A program made the translations under genes and the position numbers. The notes under the pieces are model-generated. The model worked only from the letters and a program-made list of their open reading frames with translations. It did no database searches and was not told where the DNA came from. Positions 52,097 through 62,506 of a stretch of DNA of 64,000 nucleotides are shown here, piece by piece. The first letter of the stretch is position 1, and every line of letters begins with the position of its first letter. The stretch is from an uncultured Nitrospiraceae bacterium (lineage in GTDB: Bacteria > Nitrospirota > Nitrospiria > Nitrospirales > Nitrospiraceae): assembly GCA_963730935.1 (NCBI GenBank), contig CAVSTP010000004.1, forward strand, positions 672,001 through 736,000, given 5' to 3'.

Positions 52097-53244
52097 GACA
52101 TCCGATCCTTCCGCCAGACTAAGAGATAAATAAAGAAAGGCCCGCCCACTAACGCCGTCAAGATGCCAACCGGCACCTCAGAGGGCGAAAGAAGCGTCCG
52201 GGCAAGCGTATCAGCAACCATCAAGAATGTTCCGCCGACCAATGCTGAAGCAGGCATGAGGAGACGATGATCCGCTCCGACGATCAGGCGAATCGCATGT
52301 GGAACCACCATTCCAATAAAACCGATCATGCCGCTGACAGAGACGACGGCTCCCGTTATCAGTGCTGACAGGAGAAAAATATATCGCTTGGTTCGGTCGG
52401 TATCGATACCAAGTGATCGCGCTGGTTCCTCGCCGAACGCCATAATGTTCAACACCCTGACGTGCTTCAATAACAAGCCGAGACCGATGATCAGGTAGAG
52501 TGAGAACACCAGAAGCGTAGGGTACGCTGGAGCCGTGAGCGACCCCATCAACCAGGTCATCATGCCGAAGGATCGGTTTGGATCCATAATCGATGTTACA
52601 AACATGACCAGCGCCGAAAAAATCGCATTGAGGATCACGCCAGCCAACAGAACACTGTGAATCGGCAGTCGGTCGTAACTGGCGGCCATTCGATAGATCA
52701 CTACTAGCGCGATCAGGCCGCCTCCTAGACCACAGAGCGGTAAGGCAGACACCGCGAGCATGGTCGAGCCGACCCCAAACAGCACGGCAATTGACACGCC
52801 CAGTGCCGCACCACTCGACACGCCGAGTACGTACGGATCCGCCAGTGGGTTTCTCAGCAACGCCTGCAATGCGACGCCGACTGATGCGAGAGAGCAGCCT
52901 ACGAGAAATCCCAAAAAGACTCTCGGCAGACGGACGTGTAACAGAATCGTGGCCGTCGCATCGGAGTCGACAAACTGATCATGCGTTCCCCAGGCCATTT
53001 GAACCACTATGCGCACGATCTCACTCAATCCCACATACTGCGCTCCAAATTGAAGACACAGCAATGCGGCGAGAATGCCTAAGGCTGACAGAAAGGCCAT
53101 GGCCGTCATCCAACGCCGCGCCGTCAGCGTTGACTTCTCAAAGAGTTGATCGTCGGCCGAACTGGAAAGAGGCTGGTTGGGCTCCGGTGACACACCAAGG
53201 ACACCGACAGATTGTGGAGATGATGGGTGGTCTGACGACATCAT
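52093..53244 (-). CDS. btuC: Corrinoid ABC transporter permease (FecCD/BtuC)
   Basis: RLPR, RNPLADPYVLGVSSGA, GMIGFIG, EVPVG motifs. Confidence 0.9.
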   Translation of the reverse strand: MMSSDHPSSPQSVGVLGVSPEPNQPLSSSADDQLFEKSTLTARRWMTAMAFLSALGILAALLCLQFGAQYVGLSEIVRIVVQMAWGTHDQFVDSDATATILLHVRLPRVFLGFLVGCSLASVGVALQALLRNPLADPYVLGVSSGAALGVSIAVLFGVGSTMLAVSALPLCGLGGGLIALVVIYRMAASYDRLPIHSVLLAGVILNAIFSALVMFVTSIMDPNRSFGMMTWLMGSLTAPAYPTLLVFSLYLIIGLGLLLKHVRVLNIMAFGEEPARSLGIDTDRTKRYIFLLSALITGAVVSVSGMIGFIGMVVPHAIRLIVGADHRLLMPASALVGGTFLMVADTLARTLLSPSEVPVGILTALVGGPFFIYLLVWRKDRMS

Positions 53245-54236
53245 GGTTGGGGAAGGTCTGTGCCGGAGCGATAGACTTCTGGATGAATAGCGCGAGCCAG
53301 ATGCTCCAATCCCTCAACCACCCGAGGCCCCGGCCGATTGAGGGCATCCGATGACACATCGCGGAGTTGTCGATTTCGAACAGCTGACAAATTGCCCCAT
53401 CGATTCCATTCCTGCTGTTCACTCTTGGGAATACTCTCCATTGATCCGACGGGAAAAATGAGAACCTCCGGATCTTCCTTTAACACCGTTTCGAGGCTGA
53501 GTTTGGGATAGGCAGACGGACTGCCGGCGGCGATGTTGATCCCACCCGCCAAGCCGATCATTTGATGAATATAGCTTCCGGGACCGACGGCGATGAGCGG
53601 GTGGCTATTGAGAACGTAGAGCACACGTTTTTTTGCCGCTGCGGCGACACGTCCGGTCTACTTCGGCCATTCGAACTCGCATGGAACCGGTGACGGCGTC
53701 GGACATTGACGTTCGGTTGAAAATTTTCCCGAGGCTTTGGATTTGGATCAGGATATCTTCCACCGACTTCGCGTCTAGCAAGAAAACCGGGATTTTCAAT
53801 TCTTCCAATTTGGCGATGGGATCGGCCCGGATGAATTCCGCGGAGCGACAATCAGGTCCGGCCGAAGCGCGACCAACGACTCGAGATTGGGTTGCGCATA
53901 GCCGACTTCGGTTTTTTCGTGCGCCTGCGGGATAATCGCAAAACTCTGTGACGCCGACGATCTCTTCATCCAGTCCCAGGCGAACAGCATTTCCGTGATG
54001 CTCGGCGCCAGCGACACCACGCGCGTCGGCGCCTTGGCAAGATAGACTTTCTTCCGGCGTCGTCGACGAAGGTGCGCGGCGTAATATTCGCCATGAACGG
54101 CATGCCGGTGAGGATGCCCTGCTGCCGTCGCTTCATGTGTGAAGTCTCGTCGCCACTGAACACGAGCCCTGGCCAAGCGGCAAATAGCAGCATCGCTCCT
54201 AGAGCGCCCCGAACAATCGGCCTAGTGAATTTTCAA
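53241..54236 (-). CDS. btuF: Corrinoid-binding periplasmic protein (several frameshifts)
   Basis: RVVSLAPSITE, PNLESLVALRPDL, SLETVLKEDPEV, RPGPR spread over four ORF fragments; start uncertain. Confidence 0.8.
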
Positions 54237-54244
54237 GCGAGGCA

Positions 54245-54284
54245 AATAAAAAATCCTCAAGGCCTTCGATAGACCCTGAGGATT
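54245..54284 (-). terminator. Riboswitch expression-platform terminator
   Basis: Minus strand AATCCTCAGGGTC-TATCGAA-GGCCTTGAGGATT followed by a T-run. Confidence 0.8.
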
Positions 54285-54344
54285 GCACCCGCTTCTTCAT
54301 CCTCGCCTGTTCCCCAGCCCTCGAGGGAACGATGGTCAATTATC

Positions 54345-54512
54345 CGGGCAGGTCTTCTGGCTCATGGTTCGTCCTACTCCCCGTGCCTTCCCATCCGTCA
54401 AACCGGACAGTGGCGTTGGCGGGTTTCGTCCCCATTCACAGCGGCGGGACCGCGAGGGATTTCGCACCCTCTTCCCTTACCCGGAAATCATTAATGTGAG
54501 GTGGCACTCTAG
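54345..54512 (-). promoter_or_regulatory. Cobalamin riboswitch upstream of btuF
   Basis: Minus strand AAGGGAAGAGGGTGCGAAATCCCTCGCGGTCCCGCCGCTGTGA...GCCACTG...TGGGAAGGC...GAGCCAGAAGACCTGCC. Confidence 0.93.
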
Positions 54513-54630
54513 GAGACAGGGTCAATTCTTGTCAAGTTCATTAATGTGCGGGCATTCATGTCCGGCTGCAATGGCTGCACAACAGCCGCTAACAACTGTC
54601 CGAAACATCACGACTTTCCAGTGCCCGCAA

Positions 54631-54645
54631 CGGCACGGCGTTTGC
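54631..54645 (+). promoter_or_regulatory. Putative sigma-54 (-24/-12) promoter
   Basis: CGGCACGGCGTTTGC fits YGGCAC-N5-TTGC with exact GG-N10-GC spacing, about 85 nt upstream of the 54732 ORF. Confidence 0.6.
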
Positions 54646-54731
54646 CTGATTGTATATAAGGGATAGTAACTTGGAGCCGTCTCCGCACAGGCGATCTTGT
54701 GGGAGGCGCCGGTTGATTCTACGTATTACCC

Positions 54732-56147
54732 ATGAAGCACCTAGCTATTGCAGCGGTCATCCTGTGGGCGGCCTTCCATTTCGGAGGGATGTTCTTTTCC
54801 TCAGAAGACCGTGCGACGGAGACCGCGTTCAGCAAACTGATCGAGGCACCTCAACGATCGATCGAGAACCCTTATCGCAACGGGTATTTCTACCTCTTCG
54901 GGCTGACGGCGGCGTCTTCCTTGGATCCTGCCAAAACCGGCTACGAAATTTGGGTGGACGAAACCGAGGACGCGCGGCGCGCGGAATTTGCTGAGCGGAG
55001 AGCGACTAGAGCCGATCTCGTCTACACGCTGACGCTCGAGGCGACCGCTTCATCCTGGGAAGCCGACGATCCGCTCGGTGAGTTTCGGAAAAAAGATGCG
55101 CCCTTTCAGGCGGCCACAGGCCAATACCGTATTCTTCTCCTTCGCTATGACCACTGGATCGGCATGCCGTTCGATGATTGGGGATTCGGGCGCCGAACCA
55201 CGACGCTTGGGATGGACATTCTGGCCGTTCACCGTTTGTATGTCGCGGAAGGCTTTTCCAACAGCACGATGGAAGGCGTGGAACGGCTCCACAAAGACTT
55301 TCACTTGTGGCGCACCGTGCTTCGTGAAGCCAAAACCATCAGCACCAAAGTCCTCGCGCAGATCGTGATTGCCGATGATTTGCAATTGCTGTCACGGATG
55401 CTGGCCAAACCAACGGTGGACAAGACGATCTTGACGATGGGACTTCAACTTACCTTACCGCTGTCCGGTCCGGAATATTCCCTCCGCTGGCCCATCAGGC
55501 ACCAGTTGGCGTTGGCCATGAAAGACCGCTCGGCAGGCTTCAAACATGAGAGCGACCAGGCACGGCGCCGCCTCTATGAAGAGTGGCTGAGTCGGACCGG
55601 GCATCTTCCTCCCGACGCGCTCGACAGCATCATTCATCCGCCCGCTCGTACAGCGGGCGGTGGTTTCCAGTGGGGGCAAGCCGCCGGTGCCTATGCGGCC
55701 TATTACGAGGCCATCATCAAGTCTTCCGAGAACAACGTGAACTATTTACCAGGGATGCAGGAAGTGGTGGGAACGCTTCATCGCGGCATGTTCGAAGGTG
55801 TCCTGAAATCACGTCCGGTTGAACCCGGCTGGGAAATCTTCCATGGCCAGTTGGTTGAAACTGACACGCGGCTGCGTCTGGCCTCCCTGCAGATTCAGCT
55901 TCGGCGCCCAAGCCCGCAAACCGCAGTACCGACCAGACTCGCAGAAGTCGGCTCTCAATACTTTGATCCTTTTACGGGACTGCCAATGTTGTGGAGCCCT
56001 ACCCAACAAAAACTCTATAGCGTCGGGAGAGATCGATTGGATGACGGCGGCGATCCGACCTTCGATATCAGCGTGCCCGCCGTGGTGGGACAAGCACAAG
56101 CCAACTCCGCTGCTCCGCCGATGGTCACTCGTCAGGGACGCCGCTGA
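54732..56147 (+). CDS. Hypothetical membrane-anchored protein with pseudopilin-G-like C-terminus
   Basis: N-terminal TM helix; C-terminal DPFTG...LYSVG.D..DDGG. Confidence 0.65.
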   Translation: MKHLAIAAVILWAAFHFGGMFFSSEDRATETAFSKLIEAPQRSIENPYRNGYFYLFGLTAASSLDPAKTGYEIWVDETEDARRAEFAERRATRADLVYTLTLEATASSWEADDPLGEFRKKDAPFQAATGQYRILLLRYDHWIGMPFDDWGFGRRTTTLGMDILAVHRLYVAEGFSNSTMEGVERLHKDFHLWRTVLREAKTISTKVLAQIVIADDLQLLSRMLAKPTVDKTILTMGLQLTLPLSGPEYSLRWPIRHQLALAMKDRSAGFKHESDQARRRLYEEWLSRTGHLPPDALDSIIHPPARTAGGGFQWGQAAGAYAAYYEAIIKSSENNVNYLPGMQEVVGTLHRGMFEGVLKSRPVEPGWEIFHGQLVETDTRLRLASLQIQLRRPSPQTAVPTRLAEVGSQYFDPFTGLPMLWSPTQQKLYSVGRDRLDDGGDPTFDISVPAVVGQAQANSAAPPMVTRQGRR

Positions 56148-56246
56148 TCAGCGCGGATGAGCTGGCTGTGCGGCACTTGTCATCACTGAATCCCTTATGG
56201 TACAGTCACGTGCATTGTCAGTAATTTCTGAGTGAAGGAGTACGCC

Positions 56247-56438
56247 GTGGCATTCGTATGTGACATCTGCTCGAAGAAACATCAGTCAGGACATAACGTC
56301 AGTCACGCCAATAACAAGACAAAGCGAACCTTCAATCCCAACCTCCAGCGTGTGCGCGCCGTGGTCGATGGATCGACGAAGCGCATCCGAGTCTGCACCC
56401 GTTGCCTCCGGAGCGGTAAGGTCCGGAAGGCTGTCTAG
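56247..56438 (+). CDS. rpmB: 50S ribosomal protein L28 (Cys-containing form)
   Basis: CDIC.K...[17 protein letters not shown]...CTRCLR; GTG start after AAGGAG. Confidence 0.96.
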   Translation: MAFVCDICSKKHQSGHNVSHANNKTKRTFNPNLQRVRAVVDGSTKRIRVCTRCLRSGKVRKAV

Positions 56439-56446
56439 TCGCCTTC

Positions 56447-56761
56447 TCACGGCGCCGACCACAAAATTCGCCCCGTACGATCAGTGAGCTTGACGGCCAC
56501 CGAGCCGTCGGGGGACAAGGCCAAGGTTCGATTGCCGTCCCGGCTGGTTAAGACCAGACCGACTTCCCCGTCGGAGTCCAACCCCAAACCCGCACGGGCT
56601 TTCCCCGCTTGATCCAGCAACAGAAATTCCTCGGCGTGCACACCGTTCGCCTTCTGTGCGTGTACGACCCCGGCGACGAATAGCCGCTCGCCCAGAATTC
56701 CGCCGGTCAGGCTGCCGACGAACGTGGTTGCCAGCACAAAAACCCATGAGAGTTTCGTCAT
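56447..56761 (-). CDS. Hypothetical exported protein
   Basis: Signal/TM segment, then AEEFLLLDQAGKARA beta-repeat; ends WSAP. Confidence 0.7.
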   Translation of the reverse strand: MTKLSWVFVLATTFVGSLTGGILGERLFVAGVVHAQKANGVHAEEFLLLDQAGKARAGLGLDSDGEVGLVLTSRDGNRTLALSPDGSVAVKLTDRTGRILWSAP

Positions 56762-56952
56762 GACTCATCCTTTCTTGCTATCGATCGATGTGGCAGATTT
56801 CAGGAGTCGGAAGCGATGATGGGCATCACACCTGGCTCGTCGTGCTTCACATCCAGCATCCAGGACAGATAAACGGCATGAGGTGTTTTTCCGGCGGCGA
56901 TAATGAAGAGAGACCTCGCCTGATGAGCCGCCGGTACGCACGAAGTGCGGTT

Positions 56953-56999
56953 TGGAGCGGGCGATGGGATTTGAACCCACGACAACTAGCTTGGGAAGC
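56953..56999 (-). pseudogene. 3' half of tRNA-Gly(CCC), probable att site of an integrated element
   Basis: Minus strand GCTTCCCAAGCTAGTTGTCGTGGGTTCAAATCCCATCGCCCGCTCCA gives the anticodon loop, T-arm, acceptor 3' strand and CCA; no D-arm or 5' acceptor strand upstream. Confidence 0.85.
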
Positions 57000-57485
57000 G
57001 GGTTCGTCTTTTGTACCCAGAGATACACAATCACACGCCACGCAACCGCGAATAACAGTATCAACTATTTAGGGAGACAGCAAGATACAGGACGGTACAG
57101 CGAGACACGCGGGCAACCGTGACAAGAACCGGAAACGGAAGCATGAACCGTGACGGAAACCGGAAATCTTTTCCTGCCTCTCTACAGGAAGGCCCCCCGC
57201 CATGTTCAGGCAGGCGGGGTAACCTCCATGAGCCTCGACGGCATAGCCTCATATCCATGTGCTTCTCTACAAACTGAAATCACAGATCTTGAAGCCTCAG
57301 ACGCTTCTCCTAGGGTCATCAGCCCGCTAAACAAGAACCTTATGAGCCGCTCTTCCACTGTTAGCACAGGCACAATTTTGATAATTGAGCTGGTTTCTTG
57401 AACGGTATCCGCACTTTCAAGGCAAGAGTGCTTATTTCAAGCTGCAAACGTCACCCTTGGATCATCTGCTTCTTCTATCCCATGC

Positions 57486-58163
57486 TTACCGCAAGTTTAG
57501 CGCAGGGAGAATCGCGCGTAAGAATTCCTTCGCGATTGCCTGGTGGCCGGCGTTATTCGGGTGGAATCCGTCCACATCGAAGACAAGATCGTCCTGAACG
57601 GGAATGGAGAAGAAATTGACGAGCTTGGCGTCGACGCGCTTGGCTTCCTCCGTGATAGCCAAATTATAGGCTGCGATGCGTTCAGGCGTGACAGAAGGAT
57701 TGGGTCTCTCCCGAAAACGGGGAAGCTTGGTAAGGTCCGGAAGATTCGCCATCACTATGGTCTTGGATATATCGCCCTTGACTATGCCTAGCAGCGCCCG
57801 GAGGTCCTCTTGAAACACCTTCGGATCATCTCCATTTACCAGATCGTTAGCTCCGGCCCAGAGGGTGACGAGCTGTGCCTTCGTTCCAACCTGCGCGGCG
57901 AGGCGCACTTCCTCCTTAATCAGATCGATTCGCGCAGCAGGAACCCCAAGATTCATCAGAAAGACCCCCGGCATCCGCCGGTCCAAATCACGCTTGATGA
58001 GATAGACATATCCCTCAGTCAAAGGGATGGCGCCCACACCGACTGCATCGCTCGCGCCGAGTGCCAGGTACACAAATTTGATCGGACGATCACGTGAGCC
58101 AGCACAAAAGGTCAGGGTGAGCGCGCAAGTCAGGACCGCAAAAGTCTGTATAGCCAGTTTCAT
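57486..58163 (-). CDS. SGNH/GDSL hydrolase, exported
   Basis: LGASD, NLG, GAND, DGFHPN blocks; N-terminal signal peptide. Confidence 0.88.
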   Translation of the reverse strand: MKLAIQTFAVLTCALTLTFCAGSRDRPIKFVYLALGASDAVGVGAIPLTEGYVYLIKRDLDRRMPGVFLMNLGVPAARIDLIKEEVRLAAQVGTKAQLVTLWAGANDLVNGDDPKVFQEDLRALLGIVKGDISKTIVMANLPDLTKLPRFRERPNPSVTPERIAAYNLAITEEAKRVDAKLVNFFSIPVQDDLVFDVDGFHPNNAGHQAIAKEFLRAILPALNLR

Positions 58164-58244
58164 AAAAGTTTTCTCCTTGTCGTTACTAAAATCCTGCAAT
58201 GAGTAAATTCGTCATGCGTCCTGGCCTCGAATAGAAAGAATTGT

Positions 58245-58523
58245 TCAATTTGGCAAGGGCGCAGTGGCTTGTCGAGTGGGCCTTACCCGTTGCATGAAGT
58301 CCATATAGCATCCAGAACAATAAGTATGGGTTAGAGCGCTTCCCATCAAGGTGACTCCATATCTCTGTTCATACGCTTGGCATGTGATCCACCGATCAGA
58401 TTCGGCAGTAAATGTCTTCCTTCCTCGAACCAGTCCGCATACACAACACATAGCGATGACCGCGCTTTCTCCCGGCGAAGCTTCGTACTTGATGCCTGAG
58501 CGGAACGGCAGTTTTTGAGCCAT
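58245..58523 (-). CDS. Small putative Zn-binding protein
   Basis: CCVCG.VR...W...Y...THTYCSGC (CxxC...HxxCxxC). Confidence 0.65.
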   Translation of the reverse strand: MAQKLPFRSGIKYEASPGESAVIAMCCVCGLVRGRKTFTAESDRWITCQAYEQRYGVTLMGSALTHTYCSGCYMDFMQRVRPTRQATAPLPN

Positions 58524-58783
58524 AAGTTTACCTCAAGAGTTGGGCTGGCATGCACAGCGGTGGGAGCAAACTCCACGCCAGCCCTTTATCGCGTGTAGAC
58601 CAAGATTTCCTGCCAGACATGCCCTAAATGCTTGTACATTCGTGTTTATTCGTCTCGTCTGTGTGTATCCGTCTACTACTAGGAGGGTCCCTAGTCACAT
58701 GAATGACCTGGTCAGGCTCATAGCTGAATAGTATCCTGCCACTGACAGACGGCGACCGATGACCTGTCAGCCTTGGCTCTACA

Positions 58784-59253
58784 ATGGAAGCGCCTAGACC
58801 ACTATTGCCACCGTTCGATGCATCAAAGGCTGTTCACAAAGTCCGTACTGCGGAAGATGCGTGGAACACCCGTGACCCAGAGCGTGTCGCATCAGGGTAT
58901 ACACAAGATAGTGTGTGGCGGAATCGTTCCGAGTTTTTTGCGGGGCGCGAGGCCATCCTCCAATTTTTAACCCGGAAATGGAATAAAGAATTAGACTATG
59001 GGCTCATCAAGGAGCTCTGGACGTTTCAAGGTAATTGGGTTGCTGTACGGTTTTGCTATGAGTGGCATGATGATTCTGGGAATTGGTTTCGCTCCTATGG
59101 CAACGAGAACTGGGAGTTTGACGGCAGCGGGTATATGCACGGCAAATTGCAAGCATCAACGATGTGCGCATAGAAGAAGGTGATCGAAAGTTCCACTGGC
59201 CGCTTGGGCGCAGGCCGGATGACCATCCAGGCCTTTCAGAGTTAGGTCTGTAG
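58784..59253 (+). CDS. DUF1348 / SnoaL-like NTF2 protein (frameshift near 59140)
   Basis: [31 protein letters not shown]-terminus [20 protein letters not shown] lies in another frame. Confidence 0.85.
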
Positions 59254-59327
59254 GCTCAGTAATCTTTCAGTCTGCGAATCTGCAATTCACAGATCATGAT
59301 TCATCCCGAGAAGCTAGAATCAGAAGA

Positions 59328-59690
59328 TCAGTGAGCCAGTTCATATCGGACGGCACGGAGCAGCTCTTCGATGGCGAATGGCTTGTGCAAGGTTTGACGG
59401 GCGCCTAACAGCTTGGCCAGATCTAAGAAGCGCTGGTACTCAGGCACCCCGGAGATCGCGATCACCTTCACATCGAGGAATTCCCGGGTCAGCTCCATGA
59501 TGACATCGAGGCCATTCAGTTCAGGCATGTGGATGTCGGCAATGACCAAATCCGGCGGCCGCTGACGGAACAGACCCAGCCCTTCGCGCCCATTAGATGC
59601 CTCCAGCACCTCGTAGCCAACGGACTGAAGCGCAGAGCGGACCACCACACGCACAGACTCTTCATCGTCGAGGACTAAGACGGTCGCCAT
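59328..59690 (-). CDS. Single-domain response regulator
   Basis: LDDE, DIHMP, ISG, KPF. Confidence 0.9.
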   Translation of the reverse strand: MATVLVLDDEESVRVVVRSALQSVGYEVLEASNGREGLGLFRQRPPDLVIADIHMPELNGLDVIMELTREFLDVKVIAISGVPEYQRFLDLAKLLGARQTLHKPFAIEELLRAVRYELAH

Positions 59691-59875
59691 CAGGTCTCTC
59701 GGGATTCTAGCTCAATGTAGATCCCGCAGATAATACTACCTCAGCCAACCTATCCCCCGAAGAAATCACAAAGCAGGCCGGTTCCTAGTGGATATTGAGC
59801 GGGCTGAAGAAATGGGAGGTGGAAGCGTCCACTCAGGATGACGGAAATGAAGCCGGACGATGGTCCAGCTGTTGA

Positions 59876-60451
59876 TCAAATAGCCACAACCCTTGGCAGG
59901 CTTGAGTCAGCCAAATCGATACTCATTTGCGCAGTGTAAATTCCGGACATCGGCGCGGTAAACGGAGAGGCGATTTCCATCGTGGCTTTCATGCACGGAA
60001 GGATCAGCATGGCCTGGCAGCCTAACCTCGCATACTTGGCTTCAAGATGACGCAGCTGAAGTCTTACTGCCAGGTCAAAGACACGATGTGCGCAAGACCT
60101 GACATCGCGCCGTATCTCTGCCGCAGTTAAAGGGAAGACCGACACCGAAGCGCCTCTGGTGTCTGAGTATGAGCGGGTTATCCCTTCTCCTAACGCAATA
60201 AGCACAATGAAGGGCACCTCGTTCCCGCTGCCAGGTAGTGGACAGATAGCAAACGGAGGTCGGTGCGGCCCCCATTCCGGTTGCGCCAGCAACGTCAGAC
60301 GCAAGCCAGGCCACCGGCCGATTTCCCATTCGTGGCCGTTATCATGGGACCACTTAAACTCGGCCAGTTCCATCAGCGTGAGAGCGAATAACATTTCTAC
60401 CGGTCGCTCGCACCGATCAATGCCAAGGCGCTGCTCAATACTCGCGGCCAT
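59876..60451 (-). CDS. Hypothetical protein
   Basis: Open frame from MAASIEQ; no motif recognised. Confidence 0.45.
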   Translation of the reverse strand: MAASIEQRLGIDRCERPVEMLFALTLMELAEFKWSHDNGHEWEIGRWPGLRLTLLAQPEWGPHRPPFAICPLPGSGNEVPFIVLIALGEGITRSYSDTRGASVSVFPLTAAEIRRDVRSCAHRVFDLAVRLQLRHLEAKYARLGCQAMLILPCMKATMEIASPFTAPMSGIYTAQMSIDLADSSLPRVVAI

Positions 60452-60863
60452 AGTAACGGATCCAATCCGGTGTGCTAGCTGGTTGCTTTGTCGTCTTATG
60501 AAATGAAAGCCAGACCCAACACGAGAGGAGAACAAGGAGAACGAGGAGAACCATAACGAGCAGGTACAACATTTCAAGGCATAATTTTAACTCTCCTCAC
60601 GTTGACGCCCTACGACTTTCTGAAAATGAGTAGCCTTCATTAGAAGACCTGTTAAACGGAAAGATCAAGGCAAGGAAGCCTTCGCGGTGAACAATTTCTT
60701 CCATGTTGGATATTTGCACGTACAGCTCAGAACGGTAGCAAAAATCGTCAGCCGCTCTAAAGCTCTCGTAATTGGCTTACTAGCATTGGACTTCCGATCC
60801 GATCTCGTATGGCATCGCCGTTGCAAGTGAACGGAAACTCGAAGACAACGAACGAGGTATCCC

Positions 60864-61509
60864 ATGCGTCTCCTTCGATGTGCGGCCAAGGTCTTGTCGC
60901 TGGCCTTAGTGCTCGGTCTCTGGAATTCCCCTGACACATGGGCGTTAACGGCGAGTCCGGCATCACTAACCTTTCAAGCCGTACAGGGGGGAAAACAATC
61001 CAGCCAGCCAGTCGGTCAACGTGTCCAAACCGAATAAGAAGAACACGAATTGGACGGCATCAGTTAGCGCCAGCTGGGTCTCCGTGTCTCCTGCGATAGG
61101 AAGTTTTACAAGCTCGTCACAGATTTCCGTACTAGTGAATACAGCCGGATTAGCAGCGGGTACTTATTCTGCCACCGTGACAGTAACGGCGTATAAAGGC
61201 GGGAGCGTATCTATTCCTGTGTCCTTGACGGTTGCTCCGACCACGACGACCAGTTCGTCGACATCGACCAGTAATACAGCAGCTTCGCTGACCTGGGATC
61301 CCGTTACGGATACAGGTATCGCGGGTTATAACGTATACGTGGGAACGGCTTCCGGTGTCTTCGGAACGCCCATCAATGTAGGGAATGTCACCTCGCGCAT
61401 CATCAATAATCTCGCCGTGGGATCTACCTACTACTTCGTTGTGACCGCCTATGACACTAGTGGTGTGGAGAGCAATCCCTCCAACGAGGTTAGCAAGAGC
61501 GTTTATTGA
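60864..61509 (+). CDS. Exported BACON/Ig-like plus fibronectin type III protein (frameshift in G/A run at about 60985-60995)
   Basis: Signal peptide MRLLRCAAKVLSLALVLGLW...LTFQAVQGG joins the 61021 ORF; FN3 LTWD...GYNVY...YYFVVTAYD..G.ES. Confidence 0.75.
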
Positions 61510-61681
61510 CAAACCATGCCCTTGAACGGTTTGATCGTGACTCAAACCTGACCGGAACCGTGACTTGCCGCGGGGATGTATCGGCAAGACGGGTGCCTAA
61601 TGAGGACTCCAACGCCTAGCCTGACATACACGGCTGTGCCATGAATGGATAATCATGTTCCGCTTTTTGATATCAGAGTTT

Positions 61682-62131
61682 CTACGGTTGAACAACCCCG
61701 TTAATCGTCAGGGTGGAGGCGTCGAATACACTGCCAGCGTTGACACGTAAGCCAGGACTCCTGATGTCGATGGTGTCGAAACCGAGAATCTGAGTGTTCG
61801 TCAGCGCCGTGTTCTTACCGTCTAAGGTGACCGCCCCGAGGAAAAAAAGCGGGTTGGTGGTGATTTGAGTGTCTGTCAACTCAATCTGGTTACCTTTTAT
61901 TTGAATGAGGCCCCGAAATCGAACTGCCGTAATCATACTCTGGTCAATCGTGAAGCGGGCTCCGCCATCGATCAGAATGGCGCCGCCGTTCCGACCGGCT
62001 CCAGCTATCTCGAGCAGGGTACCATCGCTTAGATGCACGGCCTTTGTCGCCTGGAGGCTGATTAGACCGGGATCGCCCTCACCGTGAACATGGAGATAGG
62101 TGGCGCGTAGCGAGATGGTGGGGGCAGCCAT
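61682..62131 (-). CDS. Beta-helix/haemagglutinin-like fragment
   Basis: Gly-rich G.I.I repeats (GGAILIDGG, GLIQIKG); probably a remnant. Confidence 0.4.
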   Translation of the reverse strand: MAAPTISLRATYLHVHGEGDPGLISLQATKAVHLSDGTLLEIAGAGRNGGAILIDGGARFTIDQSMITAVRFRGLIQIKGNQIELTDTQITTNPLFFLGAVTLDGKNTALTNTQILGFDTIDIRSPGLRVNAGSVFDASTLTINGVVQP

Positions 62132-62506
62132 AACAATAGAGCGAGAGCCGCCATTACCTTCGGAACCGGAAAAACTTTTACGGTGATGCGCGTGAATGGG
62201 ATAGTGGAGGATGTGGCGCTACTATTTAAGGCTGACGTACTCCGACCAGACCTGGCAAACCACTATCCCCCTTATTGGAAGGAAAGGGGAAAGCTTCTGG
62301 AAGACGTGAAACGGCATGACACGGCATTCCGTAAAACGGCAACCCGAGTGTCTAAGACGCTTACTTTGCTCTCGTATGCGGAGACGGGCAATCACCCACC
62401 ACTTCTACGTAAAAACGATCCCCTACGAAAGCGTGACTTGTTTATCTCTTACGTAGTCGTCTAGCCTGTCGCTCCACCATGTGAATATAGTGGAAGAGGG
62501 CGAATT

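Noticed and set aside
56765..56880. Possible frameshifted metal-binding mini-gene (MPFICPGC...DEPG)
   Set aside because: Needs several frame corrections and has no clear RBS
56953..57060. Intron-containing or permuted tRNA-Gly
   Set aside because: No 5' half or intron-like structure visible nearby; an att remnant is the simpler explanation
60980..61000. Phase-variable G-run in the FN3 gene
   Set aside because: The run is short and lies in a region with many apparent consensus indels
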